A stretch of DNA of 64,000 nucleotides from an uncultured Acidobacteriota bacterium (GCA_951812665.1 CATOST010000027.1:2117-66116); one strand, 5' to 3'. Positions 1 through 10,759 are shown, counted from the stretch's first letter. Notes: generated by a model not told the origin, from the sequence alone. Translations and numbers: made by a program.

Positions 1-631
1 TGGCGAGGAAGGTCGAGGCCGTGCCCTTGGGGAAGGGGCGTTGTGCGCGCCGGGCGGCATAGGTCTTCAGCGCGTCGGCAAGTTGCCGGCAGACGGGAAC
101 GAGGCGGGTCTTGTAGAACTTGGTGTGACGTATGGTCAGCAGCGCATCGGGCAGATCCACATCGTCGAGGGTCAGGCGCTGGGCCTCGCCGAATCGCAGC
201 CCCGCGCCGTAGAGAAGCTGCAGCAGTGTCCGCAGGGTATCGGCGTCAAGCTGGATCGAACCTTGCCGACTGACATCGATGGCGTCGAACAGGCGTTGCA
301 ACTCGTTGCGGGAGTACACGTAAGGTGATGACGACCGCGGTCGATTCGGCTCCTCATCGCGCGCCGGAAGCGGCGACCGGATCACGTAGCCGCGGCTGAT
401 CGCGTAGCGGTAGAAGCCGGCCAGGACGCTGTACTTATTGGCCCGGTACCGGGTGAGCGAACCTTGACCGGCAAGGAAGTCGAGAACGTGGGCTTGGGAG
501 ACGGCATCGCAGCCGGCGCTCCCGCCGACATGTTTCAGGAACCGGTGCAACAAGTATGCGCCGGTGTCGAACTTGGCGCCATGGGCCCGACGCCAGGCGA
601 TATAGTCGTTGACCGCATCCCGGAGCATCAT
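1..631 (-). CDS. tyrosine recombinase (phage-integrase family), partial; 3' end lies beyond window start
   Basis: Not in the ORF track because it has no in-window stop. My translation of the minus strand from ATG 631-629 reads MMLRDAVNDYIAWRRAHGAKFDTGAYLLHRFLKHVGG...FYRYAISRGYV...LLQLLYGAGLRFGEAQRLTLDDVDLPDALLTIRHTKFYKTRLVPV. This is a SAM-like N-domain plus the box-I Arg region. The ATG overlaps the TGA (628-630) of the upstream recombinase (ATGA). Confidence 0.75.
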   Translation of the reverse strand, partial: MMLRDAVNDYIAWRRAHGAKFDTGAYLLHRFLKHVGGSAGCDAVSQAHVLDFLAGQGSLTRYRANKYSVLAGFYRYAISRGYVIRSPLPARDEEPNRPRSSSPYVYSRNELQRLFDAIDVSRQGSIQLDADTLRTLLQLLYGAGLRFGEAQRLTLDDVDLPDALLTIRHTKFYKTRLVPVCRQLADALKTYAARRAQRPFPKGTASTFLA

Positions 632-1860
632 GTCAGGCCCTCCAGATCGATGTCGGCGACCTCCCGGAGGGTGCTGAGGTTCACCTTGGCGTACACTGCG
701 GTGGACGAGGTGCTGCGATGGCCGAGGTAATCGCCGACCTCCTTGATCGACAGGCCGTGGTCGAGCAGGTGCTGGGCGGCAGCATGACGAAGCGCATGGG
801 CACCGCGACGTTTGCCGGTGATACCGAGCCGATCGAGGCGTGTCCTGACGACGTTCGAAACTGTCTGCCGGGTCACCGGACGGATCGGAGCAATCAGAGT
901 GAGGAACAGAGCCCTCTCCGGGCGCAGGGCACGAACCTCGGTGAGGTAACGCACGATCGCCTGCCCGACGCCGCGGGAAAGCGGATAGTAATGGGTGCAT
1001 CCCGACTTGGGGCGGCGTACCCGCAGCGTCTCCTCTTCCCAGTCCAGATCATCGAGCCGCAGGCCGGCGACCTCGCTGGCACGCAACCCGTAGGCGATCA
1101 GCACCATCAGGATGGCACGGGCGCGAAGGTCGGCCTGCCGGTTGCCCTCGGAGGTTGCGAGCAGGCGGAGCACCTCGCCCCGGTTGAGTCCCTTCGGGAG
1201 TGTCTCGCCGGGATGGAACCGCACCGGCATGATCCCGTCAGCCAGCCCCGGTGGACACCAGCCCTGGCGTTCGGCGAACCGGAAAAAAGTGCGCAGACGC
1301 TGCCCGTAAACGCGGATCGTGCTCCGACTGCAGCCACGGGCGTGCCAGCGCATGACCGCCCGGTCGATGTCGGCGACAACGACTGCATCCAAGGCAATGC
1401 CCCACTCGCCGAGCCAGTCGAAGAAGCGGTCCATCGTATGGCAGCAAGTACGGATCGTCACCTCGGACCATCCGCGCTCTTTGCGCATCCACTCCCTGAA
1501 GACCGTGACCTCGGCGACGTGGGCGTGCCGTTGCCGCACCCGACAGGGCTCATCGAGCAGATCCGCGAAGCGTAGCCATCGCACTGCGCGGCTGACGAAG
1601 ATCCGGCGCACCCTCGATTGTGCCGGGCGACTCGATCGACGGTCGGCCGCCGCCTCGATCCGGGGCACGCTGACGCGCTCGCCTGCCCGCAAGTCCAGAA
1701 GACGAATCAGGGTGATCTGAGCCGCCGCGATCGTGCGTAGTGTGAGCGGCCGCGCGCCCTCCTGCGCGCAATGCCTCAGGTAGCTCAGCCGTTCTTCCAG
1801 CAACGGTTCGCAGCGATAACGGGCTATCGTGCCGCGGTCGATGAACAGGGCCTCGAACAT
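628..1860 (-). CDS. tyrosine recombinase/integrase, 410 aa
   Basis: The C-terminal catalytic region reads ...AYGLRASEVAGLRLDDLDW...GAHALRHAAAQHLLDHGLSIKEVGDYLGHRSTSSTAVYAKV. This gives the R...HxxR...H...Y pattern of the Phage_integrase fold. The N-terminal extension is long. Confidence 0.85.
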   Translation of the reverse strand: MFEALFIDRGTIARYRCEPLLEERLSYLRHCAQEGARPLTLRTIAAAQITLIRLLDLRAGERVSVPRIEAAADRRSSRPAQSRVRRIFVSRAVRWLRFADLLDEPCRVRQRHAHVAEVTVFREWMRKERGWSEVTIRTCCHTMDRFFDWLGEWGIALDAVVVADIDRAVMRWHARGCSRSTIRVYGQRLRTFFRFAERQGWCPPGLADGIMPVRFHPGETLPKGLNRGEVLRLLATSEGNRQADLRARAILMVLIAYGLRASEVAGLRLDDLDWEEETLRVRRPKSGCTHYYPLSRGVGQAIVRYLTEVRALRPERALFLTLIAPIRPVTRQTVSNVVRTRLDRLGITGKRRGAHALRHAAAQHLLDHGLSIKEVGDYLGHRSTSSTAVYAKVNLSTLREVADIDLEGLT

Positions 1861-1891
1861 GATCGTGCCTCCTTGTGGGGTGAAGGCATGA

Positions 1892-2636
<745 letters not shown>

Positions 2637-2678
2637 CTGAGCCTATCCAGTCGCCGATTGGGGGCCGGTGGCGAAGAG

Positions 2679-2696
2679 GGGGACAGGAATGTCCCC
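2679..2696. repeat. REP-like hairpin GGGGAC-AGGAAT-GTCCCC
   Basis: 6-bp perfect stem with a 6-nt loop. The 18-mer is identical to 54619-54636. It is intergenic, downstream of the hsdM remnant. Confidence 0.7.
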
Positions 2697-2767
2697 GCCC
2701 AGGGCGCTGCCATGTTTTTCTTGGAAGTGAGGTTCCGATTGAAGATGGAAGTCCAGCCCGTCCCGGA

Positions 2768-3724
2768 TCAACGGCGTCCGTCCAGACTCCCGTTCCAGGG
2801 TGGGACCACCACCGTCACGTCACCGTAACACTTGGACTGGCAGGCCAGGCGGATCACGGGGTGGGTCTCGTGGCGCGCGGAGGCATCCAGGTATCCGAAG
2901 TAGTTCAGACGCCGGCGCTCGTGTTTGCTCAACTCGATGATGTTTTCCCGGCCGCTCAGGATGCCGATCCAGCAGTATCCGCACGACGCCACTCGGCATT
3001 CCGCGGGGATCGGTCCGGCGATGCACCGGTGGTCCCGGGTCTGATAATCCCGTTCATCCCCGGCGGAGGCGGAGGACAGATCCTGTCCTTCGATGCAGGA
3101 GAAGGCCGCGTCCCGCTTGGATTCGTCGAAGCGGACCGTGAACTTGCGGTTGACGGTTCGGAGAAAGCCGAAGAGTCCTTGATTTGTCTTGCGAGATCGG
3201 TATTTGAGAATCTTCTTGGGCGCGGGCCGCTTGGAACGCGGCGTTCCGGATCCGGAACCGTTCCTGAAGGGTTGCGCTCCCACCTGCTGGAAGGCCATGA
3301 AGGCCACCGCCGAGATCCCCAGCAGGAGGGATTTCTCCACCTTGAGTTGGGCCGCCAGGCCGCCCGCGAACCTGCGGATCTCGCTCGAGAGGCTCTCCGG
3401 GTTCCGGTCGGAGGCCGATTCACTCCGTTGAAGGAGGGCCTCCGTCACCCGGTTCCAATAGATCGATCCGTACAGGAAGTCGACGGACTCGTCCAATTGG
3501 CGCTCCAGCCAATAGCGGCCGTCCAGGAGATACTCCTGTGCCGTCGCCGCCTCGTCGGTCGACTCCCGGAGGAGCCGCCGGAGCTTCAATGGCCAGAAGC
3601 CGAACCAGATTCGAGTCGCCTCCCGGTCCACGGGATGAAGTGAGGGTTCCAGGTCCGCCAGCACATCGTCCCATGCCGGTTCGTCGTGCTGGTTCAAGAA
3701 ATCTCGGAAAGCATCCATGTCCAT
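2768..3724 (-). CDS. hypothetical protein with C-terminal plant-type [2Fe-2S] ferredoxin-like domain
   Basis: 318-aa ORF. The C-terminus has CRVASCGYC (C-x4-C-x2-C) followed about 35 residues later by LACQSKCYGDVTV. The N-terminal ~200 aa are unrecognised. Confidence 0.6.
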   Translation of the reverse strand: MDMDAFRDFLNQHDEPAWDDVLADLEPSLHPVDREATRIWFGFWPLKLRRLLRESTDEAATAQEYLLDGRYWLERQLDESVDFLYGSIYWNRVTEALLQRSESASDRNPESLSSEIRRFAGGLAAQLKVEKSLLLGISAVAFMAFQQVGAQPFRNGSGSGTPRSKRPAPKKILKYRSRKTNQGLFGFLRTVNRKFTVRFDESKRDAAFSCIEGQDLSSASAGDERDYQTRDHRCIAGPIPAECRVASCGYCWIGILSGRENIIELSKHERRRLNYFGYLDASARHETHPVIRLACQSKCYGDVTVVVPPWNGSLDGRR

Positions 3725-4006
3725 GACTCGCTGTGGGCTTAAGTCTTCAAGAACAAACGTCAGGCGGGCCGACGCCCCGGCATCGTTTCCGTCAGGCCGT
3801 CAGGGATGGGGATCGTGTCCAACCATTGTCTATGTCCAACTCAAATGATCCATTTTGCGGCCGCCATGATACCGCAGTTCCGGCGTTGAAGTAGTCTCCC
3901 GACGAAGTGAGGCCCGCCGCAAGGGACCGCGAACGTGATTCGTGATGACTTGGCCTGAGGCCATGTTTTCGGTAGAGTTCCGACTTCTCCTGGAGAAATC
4001 AACCCG

Positions 4007-5551
4007 ATGCTGCACTATCTGAGATGGCCCGATTTTCTGGTCATCTGCCTGAATCTGGGGGCCATGGTCGCCATCGGGATCTACACCTCCCGCCGAAGCA
4101 AGTCGTCGGAGGCCTACTTCCTGGCCGGCCGCAGGATGCCGGGTTGGGTGGTGGGGATCTCCCTGATGTCCACCATCATCAGCTCCATGACCTTCCTGGC
4201 CATGCCCGGGTTCGCCTTCCAGGAGGACTGGCGTTACATCCCCGGTCACATGACCTATCTCATCGCCAATCTGGCGGCGCTTTTCCTGTTCATGCCCTTT
4301 TTTCGGGCCGGCCGATTCGCCTCGGCCTACGCCTATCTGGAACGCCGCTTCGGGACCTGGGCCCGGCTCTATGCCGGCGCCGGTTTCATCCTCTTCCAGG
4401 TGTTTCGGCTGGGCGTCATCCTCTACGCCGTCTCTCTGGCCATCGAGACCCTCAGCGGCTTTCCGCTTCCCCTCATCATCGTGGTCTTCGGCGTCCTGGT
4501 GGCTTTTTACACCACGGCCGGGGGACTGGAGGCGGTGATCTGGACCGATGTGCTCCAGGGGGTGGCCCTGGTGGGAGGAGGGCTCCTGTGCGTGCCGGTG
4601 GTGGCCACGCTACTTCCGGGAGGGTTGGAGCAGATCCTGACCGAGGCGTACTCGGCCGGGAAGTTCTCCGTCGGAAGCACCCATTTTTCCTGGAACGAGA
4701 AGACGCTCTGGGTCACGACGCTGCTGTACTTCTTCCTCTTCCTCCAGATCATGAGCACCGACCAGATGACGGTCCAACGTTACTCCGCCATGAAGACGGA
4801 CCGCGAAGCCCGAAAAGGCGTCATCCTGGGCGCCTTCTCCGCGGTTTCGGTCTGGCTCTATTTCACCTTCGTGGGAACCGCCCTCTACGTCTTCTACAAT
4901 CATTTCCCGACTCCGGAGCTGTCCGGCCTGGCGCCCGAGCAGGTGTTCCCCTTCTTCATCCTCACCCAGATGCCCGCCGGCCTGGCCGGCTTGATCGTCT
5001 CGGGTCTTCTGGCCGCCGCCATGTCCACGCTCGACTCCAGCATCAATGCCTCGGCCGCCACCGTGACCACCGATTTCTACCGGCGGCTGGTGGCTCCGGA
5101 TCGGGAGGAGGCGCACTACGTCACGGTCGGACGCTGGCTCTCGGTGGTCTTCGGGGCGGTCATGATCGGTGCGGCGCTGACCATCTACCTGACCCGCACC
5201 GAGACCCTCATGGACCTCCAAAGCCTCCTCATGTCCATTCTCAGTGGAGGCCTGCTGGGGCTCTTCCTGCTGGGGTTCCTGACTCGGCGGGTGGACAGCC
5301 GATCGGCCGCCGCGGCCACGGTCTGCGTCGTGGCCGGCGTCTGTCTCTGGGTCTTCGTGGGCAGCGAGACGGGGGCTCGACTGTGGCCGGCGCTGGCGGG
5401 GATCTTTCCCGACCGCTTCTGGATCATCGTCCTGGCCAATCTGGCGTTGCTGGGACTGGGATATTTGATCAGTTGGCTTCCGAGGAAGGGGCAGGCGCGG
5501 GATCTGACGAACCTGACGGTGTGGACGCAGAAGCCACGACCGTCGGGCTAG
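4007..5551 (+). CDS. sodium:solute symporter (SSF/SLC5 family)
   Basis: 514 aa and polytopic. Motifs include YFLAGRRMPGWVVGISLMSTIISSMTF, TTAGGLEAVIWTDVLQG and LAAAMSTLDSSINA. Paralog of 42249-43805. Confidence 0.9.
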   Translation: MLHYLRWPDFLVICLNLGAMVAIGIYTSRRSKSSEAYFLAGRRMPGWVVGISLMSTIISSMTFLAMPGFAFQEDWRYIPGHMTYLIANLAALFLFMPFFRAGRFASAYAYLERRFGTWARLYAGAGFILFQVFRLGVILYAVSLAIETLSGFPLPLIIVVFGVLVAFYTTAGGLEAVIWTDVLQGVALVGGGLLCVPVVATLLPGGLEQILTEAYSAGKFSVGSTHFSWNEKTLWVTTLLYFFLFLQIMSTDQMTVQRYSAMKTDREARKGVILGAFSAVSVWLYFTFVGTALYVFYNHFPTPELSGLAPEQVFPFFILTQMPAGLAGLIVSGLLAAAMSTLDSSINASAATVTTDFYRRLVAPDREEAHYVTVGRWLSVVFGAVMIGAALTIYLTRTETLMDLQSLLMSILSGGLLGLFLLGFLTRRVDSRSAAAATVCVVAGVCLWVFVGSETGARLWPALAGIFPDRFWIIVLANLALLGLGYLISWLPRKGQARDLTNLTVWTQKPRPSG

Positions 5552-5854
5552 GACTCCGTCCGACCGACATCAGTGTTCTCGGCCAAGGACCCGGCGGGAA
5601 GACTCCTGGATCGCCTCCGTTCTCGAAGTGCGGCAGCATGAGACTGAGCGCGGCTCCGGCCGGATCCAGCGGGAACTTGACAATCACCCTTCCTACTACG
5701 GTTAGTGGTAGCCTGAAAAGTTCCCCGGAACGCTCGGAGGCCGCCCGGATAAGGAAGGCTGAGACCATGGTGAAACTGGATGCTCGTGCGCGCCCCACCA
5801 CTATCAGCGGAGCAGACCAGTCTGTTCACCATGGAAGACATTGGGAGCAGGACA

Positions 5855-7390
5855 ATGAGCAACTACCCGACTGGAGGCTCGCTTGAACTCGAAGTGACCA
5901 ACTTCGGGCCGATCACTCGCGGGAAAATCGATTTGCGCCCATTGACTATTTTCGTGGGGCCGAGCAACACTGGCAAGTCCTACTTGGCGATTCTTATCTA
6001 CACGCTACACCGGCACTTCAGTAGCAGCGAAAGATCTCGCTATCGCGCCAGGCACCTGTCTCCCCCACTGGTTGAGAGCAACGGAAAAACTTTTTCTGAA
6101 AGTGACATTGCCGATTTTCTCAACTAGTCGGAACAGGCATTTGGGCGTGTAAAAAACGATAACAAGTCTGTCATTCTACCCGCCTCCGTCACCAAATTGA
6201 TCGGAGCCATATTCGACGCACACAGCAACTCGTTCCGTATCGAACTGAGCAGGTGTTTCGGATCCGATATCAGTAAACTAATCCGAAAGGGCAGCACATC
6301 GGATGCCCGGATCGTTGTTCGACAGCAGCTCGCGCGCGTTTCAGATCACTTTGAGTATGGTTTGACAATCAGTCCGCAAGAAATACATCTGAAATCAGCG
6401 GTTCCTGAAGAACTCGAAATGCAAATGGATCGTCGGGAAATATCCTACGCGTTTGATCATCTAATTGGGTATTTCCTCCATGAAAAATCCGAGCTGGATG
6501 CAGACGAGGCGGAGTTTTTTTTCCGGCGGGTACTCGGAACTTTAGCTGCGCTCGCTCAGTCTCATCTTGTCGGTGCGTTGAATTTGCCCGCCTTCTATCT
6601 GCCCGCAGACCGGACCGGAGCGATGCATTCGCACAACGTCGTCGTCAGTGCCTTGATCGAAAGTGCTGCAATGACCGGATTGCGGCCGGCCGCGCGCACG
6701 CCCATGCTCTCGGGGGTGCTAGCGGACTTCCTCGAGCAGTTGATCGAATTTGGCGCCCACCCACGCCGCGACGGGAAACGGCGGCGTCGCGGCAACTACG
6801 CCGATAAACATGCCGCCCGAATCGAAAAGACCATTCTTGCCGGATCTGTGCGTATGAAAAGGGCAAAAATCAGCGGATCTCCGCACTTTACCTATCGACC
6901 GAAAGGATGGAAAGACGACCTGCCATTGATGAACGCCTCGTCAATGGTTTCGGAACTCGCACCAGTTATTCTATATCTGCGCTACCGGGTCCAACCCGGA
7001 AATATGCTGATCGTCGAGGAGCCGGAATCTCATTTGCACCCGGCCATGCAGGTCGAATTCATTCGTCAACTAGCGGCGCTCATCCGATCAGGCATCCGAG
7101 TAATTGTCACTACGCACAGCGAATGGGTGCTTGAGGAACTCGCGAACATCGTGCGGAGATCCAGGCTTTCTGAGGAACAGCGGAAGGAATTCTCCGGCAG
7201 CGATATCGCCCTTTCCCCGGACCAGGTGGGGGCGTGGCTGTTCAAGCCAAAATATCGCCCCAAAGGCTCGGTGGTAGAGGAAATCCGGATCGACGAGTCG
7301 GGTCTTTATCCGTCCGAATTCGATAGCGTAGCCGCGGACCTCCACAACAACTGGGCTGCAATTTCGAGCCTGATTGGAGACCACGAATGA
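5855..7390 (+). pseudogene. ABC-type AAA ATPase (AAA_15/AAA_21-like, AbiL/PARIS/RloA-type architecture) interrupted by one in-frame TAG at 6125-6127
   Basis: Walker A reads FVGPSNTGKS near the N-terminus. Walker B/D-loop reads MLIVEEPESHLHP and the H-loop reads VTTHS near the C-terminus. ORFs 5780-6127 and 6197-7390 share one frame, and the frame is open across 6128-6196. The region is AT-richer than its flanks. Confidence 0.65.
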
Positions 7391-7483
7391 CGCGCAAGAA
7401 GGGGACAGTCTATTTTTCGGGAGTCAGATATCGCCCATGGGCCTGGGCCTTCCCCTTGGTTCGGTCCCAGGCGGCTGGTTGAT
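7388..7483 (+). pseudogene. 31-codon stub of a translationally coupled downstream partner gene (possibly RloB/TOPRIM-like), truncated
   Basis: The ATG overlaps the ATPase stop (ATGA at 7388-7391). It encodes MTRKKGTVYFSGVRYRPWAWAFPLVRSQAAG*. The family guess rests only on MxRKK...YF resemblance. Confidence 0.25.
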
Positions 7484-7558
7484 TGCTCCCACGCCTTGCT
7501 GTCCGGTTGCGGAACTCCGCCGACAGGCTGTCCGTCCGACGGCGCGGATTTGCGGCCT

Positions 7559-8674
7559 TCAGATTCGGCCGGTGCGGCGCAGCAGCCTCAGGTGGTTGCG
7601 CACGTTGTCGTGCTCGAAGTAGGCGTCCTGCAGGTGGCGCCGCCCTTTCGAGCGCAACGCGGTGCGACCGTGCAGCACCCGGTGCCCGGCGGCCAGCAGA
7701 ATCTGCCCGCCCTCCAACCGGACGGAAACCTGGGAGCTGGCGGCATTGATGCGCATGGAGAGCTCGTGGTAGGCGGCGTAGAAGTCGGCCAGCCGAGGTT
7801 CCGAGAGGGAAATGACCTGCATCTGCTGGGTGTTGAAGCGCAACAACCTGATGTCGCCGCCGCTGTCCAACTCGACCAGGGGGTTGGCCGCGTAGCTTTC
7901 GTATTCCTCGCTGAAGAGGCGGAAAGGCACCGGCACCGCACAAAGCGCGTCGAACTTGTCGGGGTGATCGTTGCGTAGCTCGTTGAGCACGCCGAAGCCG
8001 TCCACGACGAGAGATGCGCCGCCTTCGCACTCGTTCACCAGCATGTGCAGCACCTGCACGCTCGGCGGCCAGGTGTAGCCGGTAAAGTCGTTATGCGGTG
8101 CGATCGCCAGGTCCGTGTGCGCGATGCTGTATCCCTTGGGGTCGACCACGACGTTGTGGATGCGCTCGAACACGACCTCGCGGATTGGGCCCAAACGGGT
8201 CGCGAGCTGCTCCGAAGAATCGGGGTCGGTAGGGGCGTCGACCAGCAGGCAGACCCCGGTCCGCAGAAACTCCTCGATCAGCTCCGCCGCTTTGCTGTCG
8301 CTCGCCAGGAACTGCCGATAGTCGAACTGTTGCGGCTGGAACCGGCAATCCCAGTAGCGCAGGTCGAAACGAGGCTGGCTCAAATGGCCGTGGAGCTCGC
8401 TCGACCGGTAGCGGGTGCGGTGCCCGTCCGGCCAAACGATCGAGATCGCCTCGTCCTCGGATCCGGCGTGTTCGATGCTGACCTGTAGCGGTCTCAGGTC
8501 CCCGGCGACCCGGAAGATATGGAACCGCTTCTCCGTCGTCTGCACGACGCGGCACTCGCTGCAACCGCAATTGTCGCGCAGCCAGAGGTGGGGAAGACGG
8601 GTGCGTTCGCCACCGCTCCAGACCGCGGTTAGGGCGTCGGCATTCCGGGCGACGCTTCTAATCGAATGATGCAT
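7559..8674 (-). CDS. TauD/TfdA-family Fe(II)/2-oxoglutarate dioxygenase with N-terminal DUF971-like domain (gamma-butyrobetaine hydroxylase-like)
   Basis: Motifs include LPHLWLRDNCGCSEC, IAHTDLAIAPHNDFTGY (HxD) and LLAAGHRVLHGR. I place the start at ATG 8674, which is preceded by GGGAGGA. The track ORF extended to 8941 is an artefact. Confidence 0.8.
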   Translation of the reverse strand: MHHSIRSVARNADALTAVWSGGERTRLPHLWLRDNCGCSECRVVQTTEKRFHIFRVAGDLRPLQVSIEHAGSEDEAISIVWPDGHRTRYRSSELHGHLSQPRFDLRYWDCRFQPQQFDYRQFLASDSKAAELIEEFLRTGVCLLVDAPTDPDSSEQLATRLGPIREVVFERIHNVVVDPKGYSIAHTDLAIAPHNDFTGYTWPPSVQVLHMLVNECEGGASLVVDGFGVLNELRNDHPDKFDALCAVPVPFRLFSEEYESYAANPLVELDSGGDIRLLRFNTQQMQVISLSEPRLADFYAAYHELSMRINAASSQVSVRLEGGQILLAAGHRVLHGRTALRSKGRRHLQDAYFEHDNVRNHLRLLRRTGRI

Positions 8675-8801
8675 GGTCGATCCTCCCAATCCAATGTTAC
8701 CGGTCCGAAGTATGCGCTGCTGCAGTGGACCGGACATCCGTGCTTTGAGCCCCAAGCGTAGCGCACGCGCACGGAAGCTATGGCATCCGCGAGGGGTGCC
8801 C

Positions 8802-10076
8802 CTACGCTTCGGCCGCTGCCTCCAGGTAGCGATTCGCTCGATCCAGGTCCGGCGTGTTCTTGAGGAATCGCCGCCTCCTCTTTTCCCGGATCTCCACCAG
8901 GAGGAGCGGATAGTTCCGGGACAGTTCCCCCAGTGCGTCATCCAGCGCCGACCCGGGTTCGAGGGGGACCTGCGCTCGAATCTCTCGGGCCCGGTCTCGC
9001 AGCTCCACCAAACGGCTGTAGCCGGTGTGGAAGAAGGACTGCAGGTAGTGGCGCCTGAGTCCGTCCCGGGCGCGGTTCAAGTCTCCTTCGGCCCAGACCT
9101 CCAGTCCCAGGTTGATGCCGCTGAGCGCCTTGCGAATGGCCCGCTTCACCCGGGAGGTTCGGTTGGGAGGCGTCCGGTCGGCGGAGAGGATCTTGTTGCA
9201 GACGAAGAACAGCTCCTCCAGCAGCGGCTCCAGCTCGTGGGGCCGGGCGAAGGCGGCCAGGGCCTGGAACAGGAGAAGGGGACCCGATTTCATCCGGGCG
9301 ACTGGCGCGGGCAGGGTGCCGACGGCTCGCAGTTTGTCCCGCATTTTCTCCGGAAGCGGCGTTCCCCGAGGCAGATAGGTGTACACGTCCAGGGCGTCGA
9401 AGTAGTCCTGGAACCCCATGTCCTCGATCCGCCGTTTCCGGTTCTGGTAGGCGCTCTCCTCCAGCTCGATGGAGGTCCGGTATCGGGATTCCTGGATCCA
9501 GAGTTGGGTCTCCTCCGGACCCAACTCGTACAGCTTCAATAGCAGGCCGCGAGCGAGGAGGGATTCGTCCGGGTTCCTGGGCAGATGGACCAGAAAGGCG
9601 CGGTCCGGCGTTTCCATGAACGCGCCTTTCGGAGCGGCTCCCGGATCATCCTCGACGATCTCCTCGATCCTGATCCGGCGTTTGAGCCAGAGTTCCAGTA
9701 GGTGGCGGTCCGTGCCCCGGACGATCTTTGCGGCCACCGGGTTTTCGGCCTGGATGATCTGCCCCGCCCAGAAGAGAAATTTTCCCGCGTTGGCCCGGTC
9801 CCGGTTCCAGAGGTCCAGATCCAGAACCCCCTGCCATTGCGTCTCGGTGATGTGGGGCAGCAGCGCCTGGATCTGGTGCTCGCCCAGCTCCTTCAGTCCG
9901 AAGTAGATCTGGGGTATGGACAGGCGCCGAATCCGGGAACGGTTCTCCGCCGTCTCCAGCAGGCCGGCCAAGTCCACCGGAGCATAGCAGGCTCGGTAGA
10001 TCAGCTCGGAAGGACGGTGGAGCCCCACGGAAGGCAGGGCAGATTTGGTCCGCTCTTGATCGGGCACGGAGTTCAT
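8802..10076 (-). CDS. conserved hypothetical protein, 424 aa, family not recognised
   Basis: This is the C-terminal portion of the 944-aa track ORF, starting at MNSVPDQERT. Its ATG overlaps the nfi stop (TAATG at 10074-10078). The sequence is helical-looking, with no motif I can name. Confidence 0.6.
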   Translation of the reverse strand: MNSVPDQERTKSALPSVGLHRPSELIYRACYAPVDLAGLLETAENRSRIRRLSIPQIYFGLKELGEHQIQALLPHITETQWQGVLDLDLWNRDRANAGKFLFWAGQIIQAENPVAAKIVRGTDRHLLELWLKRRIRIEEIVEDDPGAAPKGAFMETPDRAFLVHLPRNPDESLLARGLLLKLYELGPEETQLWIQESRYRTSIELEESAYQNRKRRIEDMGFQDYFDALDVYTYLPRGTPLPEKMRDKLRAVGTLPAPVARMKSGPLLLFQALAAFARPHELEPLLEELFFVCNKILSADRTPPNRTSRVKRAIRKALSGINLGLEVWAEGDLNRARDGLRRHYLQSFFHTGYSRLVELRDRAREIRAQVPLEPGSALDDALGELSRNYPLLLVEIREKRRRRFLKNTPDLDRANRYLEAAAEA

Positions 10077-10759
10077 TATACGGGAGAGCGTCGCCGGTTC
10101 CCGGTCCATCGGGCCGCCAGATTGTGGGCTTGGCGGATCGGTTCGGGAATTCGGTAACGGGGAGTGACGGCCAGGGTCCAATTCACACAGGCTTCCAGGG
10201 GCAGCCCGTATCCCACCGAGACGAAGACGGGCCGGACCCGGGTGCGGGTGCGCAGGACCACACCCAGAGTTTCGGATCCGTCTCGCAAGGGACTGGCCGA
10301 TCCCTTGGTCACACCCGGCTCTTCGTATTCTCCGCAGAGACGGGACTTGCCCACGCCGATGGTCGGAAGCCCCAGCCACAGGCCCAGATGGCAGGCGATC
10401 CCGAACCGCCGGGGGTGGGCCCGTCCGTGACCGTCCACCAGGATCATCTCCGGCGGTGTCGAGAGCCGATCGAGGGCCTCCAGAATGGGGGGCAGTTCCC
10501 GAAAGCTCAGCAGTCCGGGGACGTACGGAAAGGGCGTGGGAGTGGTGGCCACCGCCGATTCCACCAGTTCCAGGGAAGGGAACGAAAGGACCGTCACGGT
10601 CGCGACGGAGAGACCGAGGGACCGGCTGTAACCCACATCTACGCCGGCGATCCTTACCGCGTTGACCAGCGGCAGATCGGTGTGGATACGAGAGCGAAGC
10701 CGCTTCTGGAGTTGGACCGCCTGCTTCGGAGTGAGGTCCCAGGAGTGCAATGGATTCAT
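10076..10759 (-). CDS. nfi: endonuclease V
   Basis: 227 aa. Motifs include RIAGVDV, YVPGLLSFRELP, LVDGHGRAHPRRFGIACHLG and PTIGVGKS, all typical of Nfi. Confidence 0.9.
   Translation of the reverse strand: MNPLHSWDLTPKQAVQLQKRLRSRIHTDLPLVNAVRIAGVDVGYSRSLGLSVATVTVLSFPSLELVESAVATTPTPFPYVPGLLSFRELPPILEALDRLSTPPEMILVDGHGRAHPRRFGIACHLGLWLGLPTIGVGKSRLCGEYEEPGVTKGSASPLRDGSETLGVVLRTRTRVRPVFVSVGYGLPLEACVNWTLAVTPRYRIPEPIRQAHNLAARWTGNRRRSPV

Noticed and set aside
5690-5810. The intergenic sequence ...GGCCGCCCGGATAAGGAAGGCTGAGACC..., with pairing ends TAGTGGT/ACCACTA, looked SRP-RNA (4.5S)-like.
   Set aside because: The near-invariant domain IV sequence (GGAAGCAG after a GNRA tetraloop) is absent. Only a 7-bp closing helix can be drawn, and the long hairpin is not supported.
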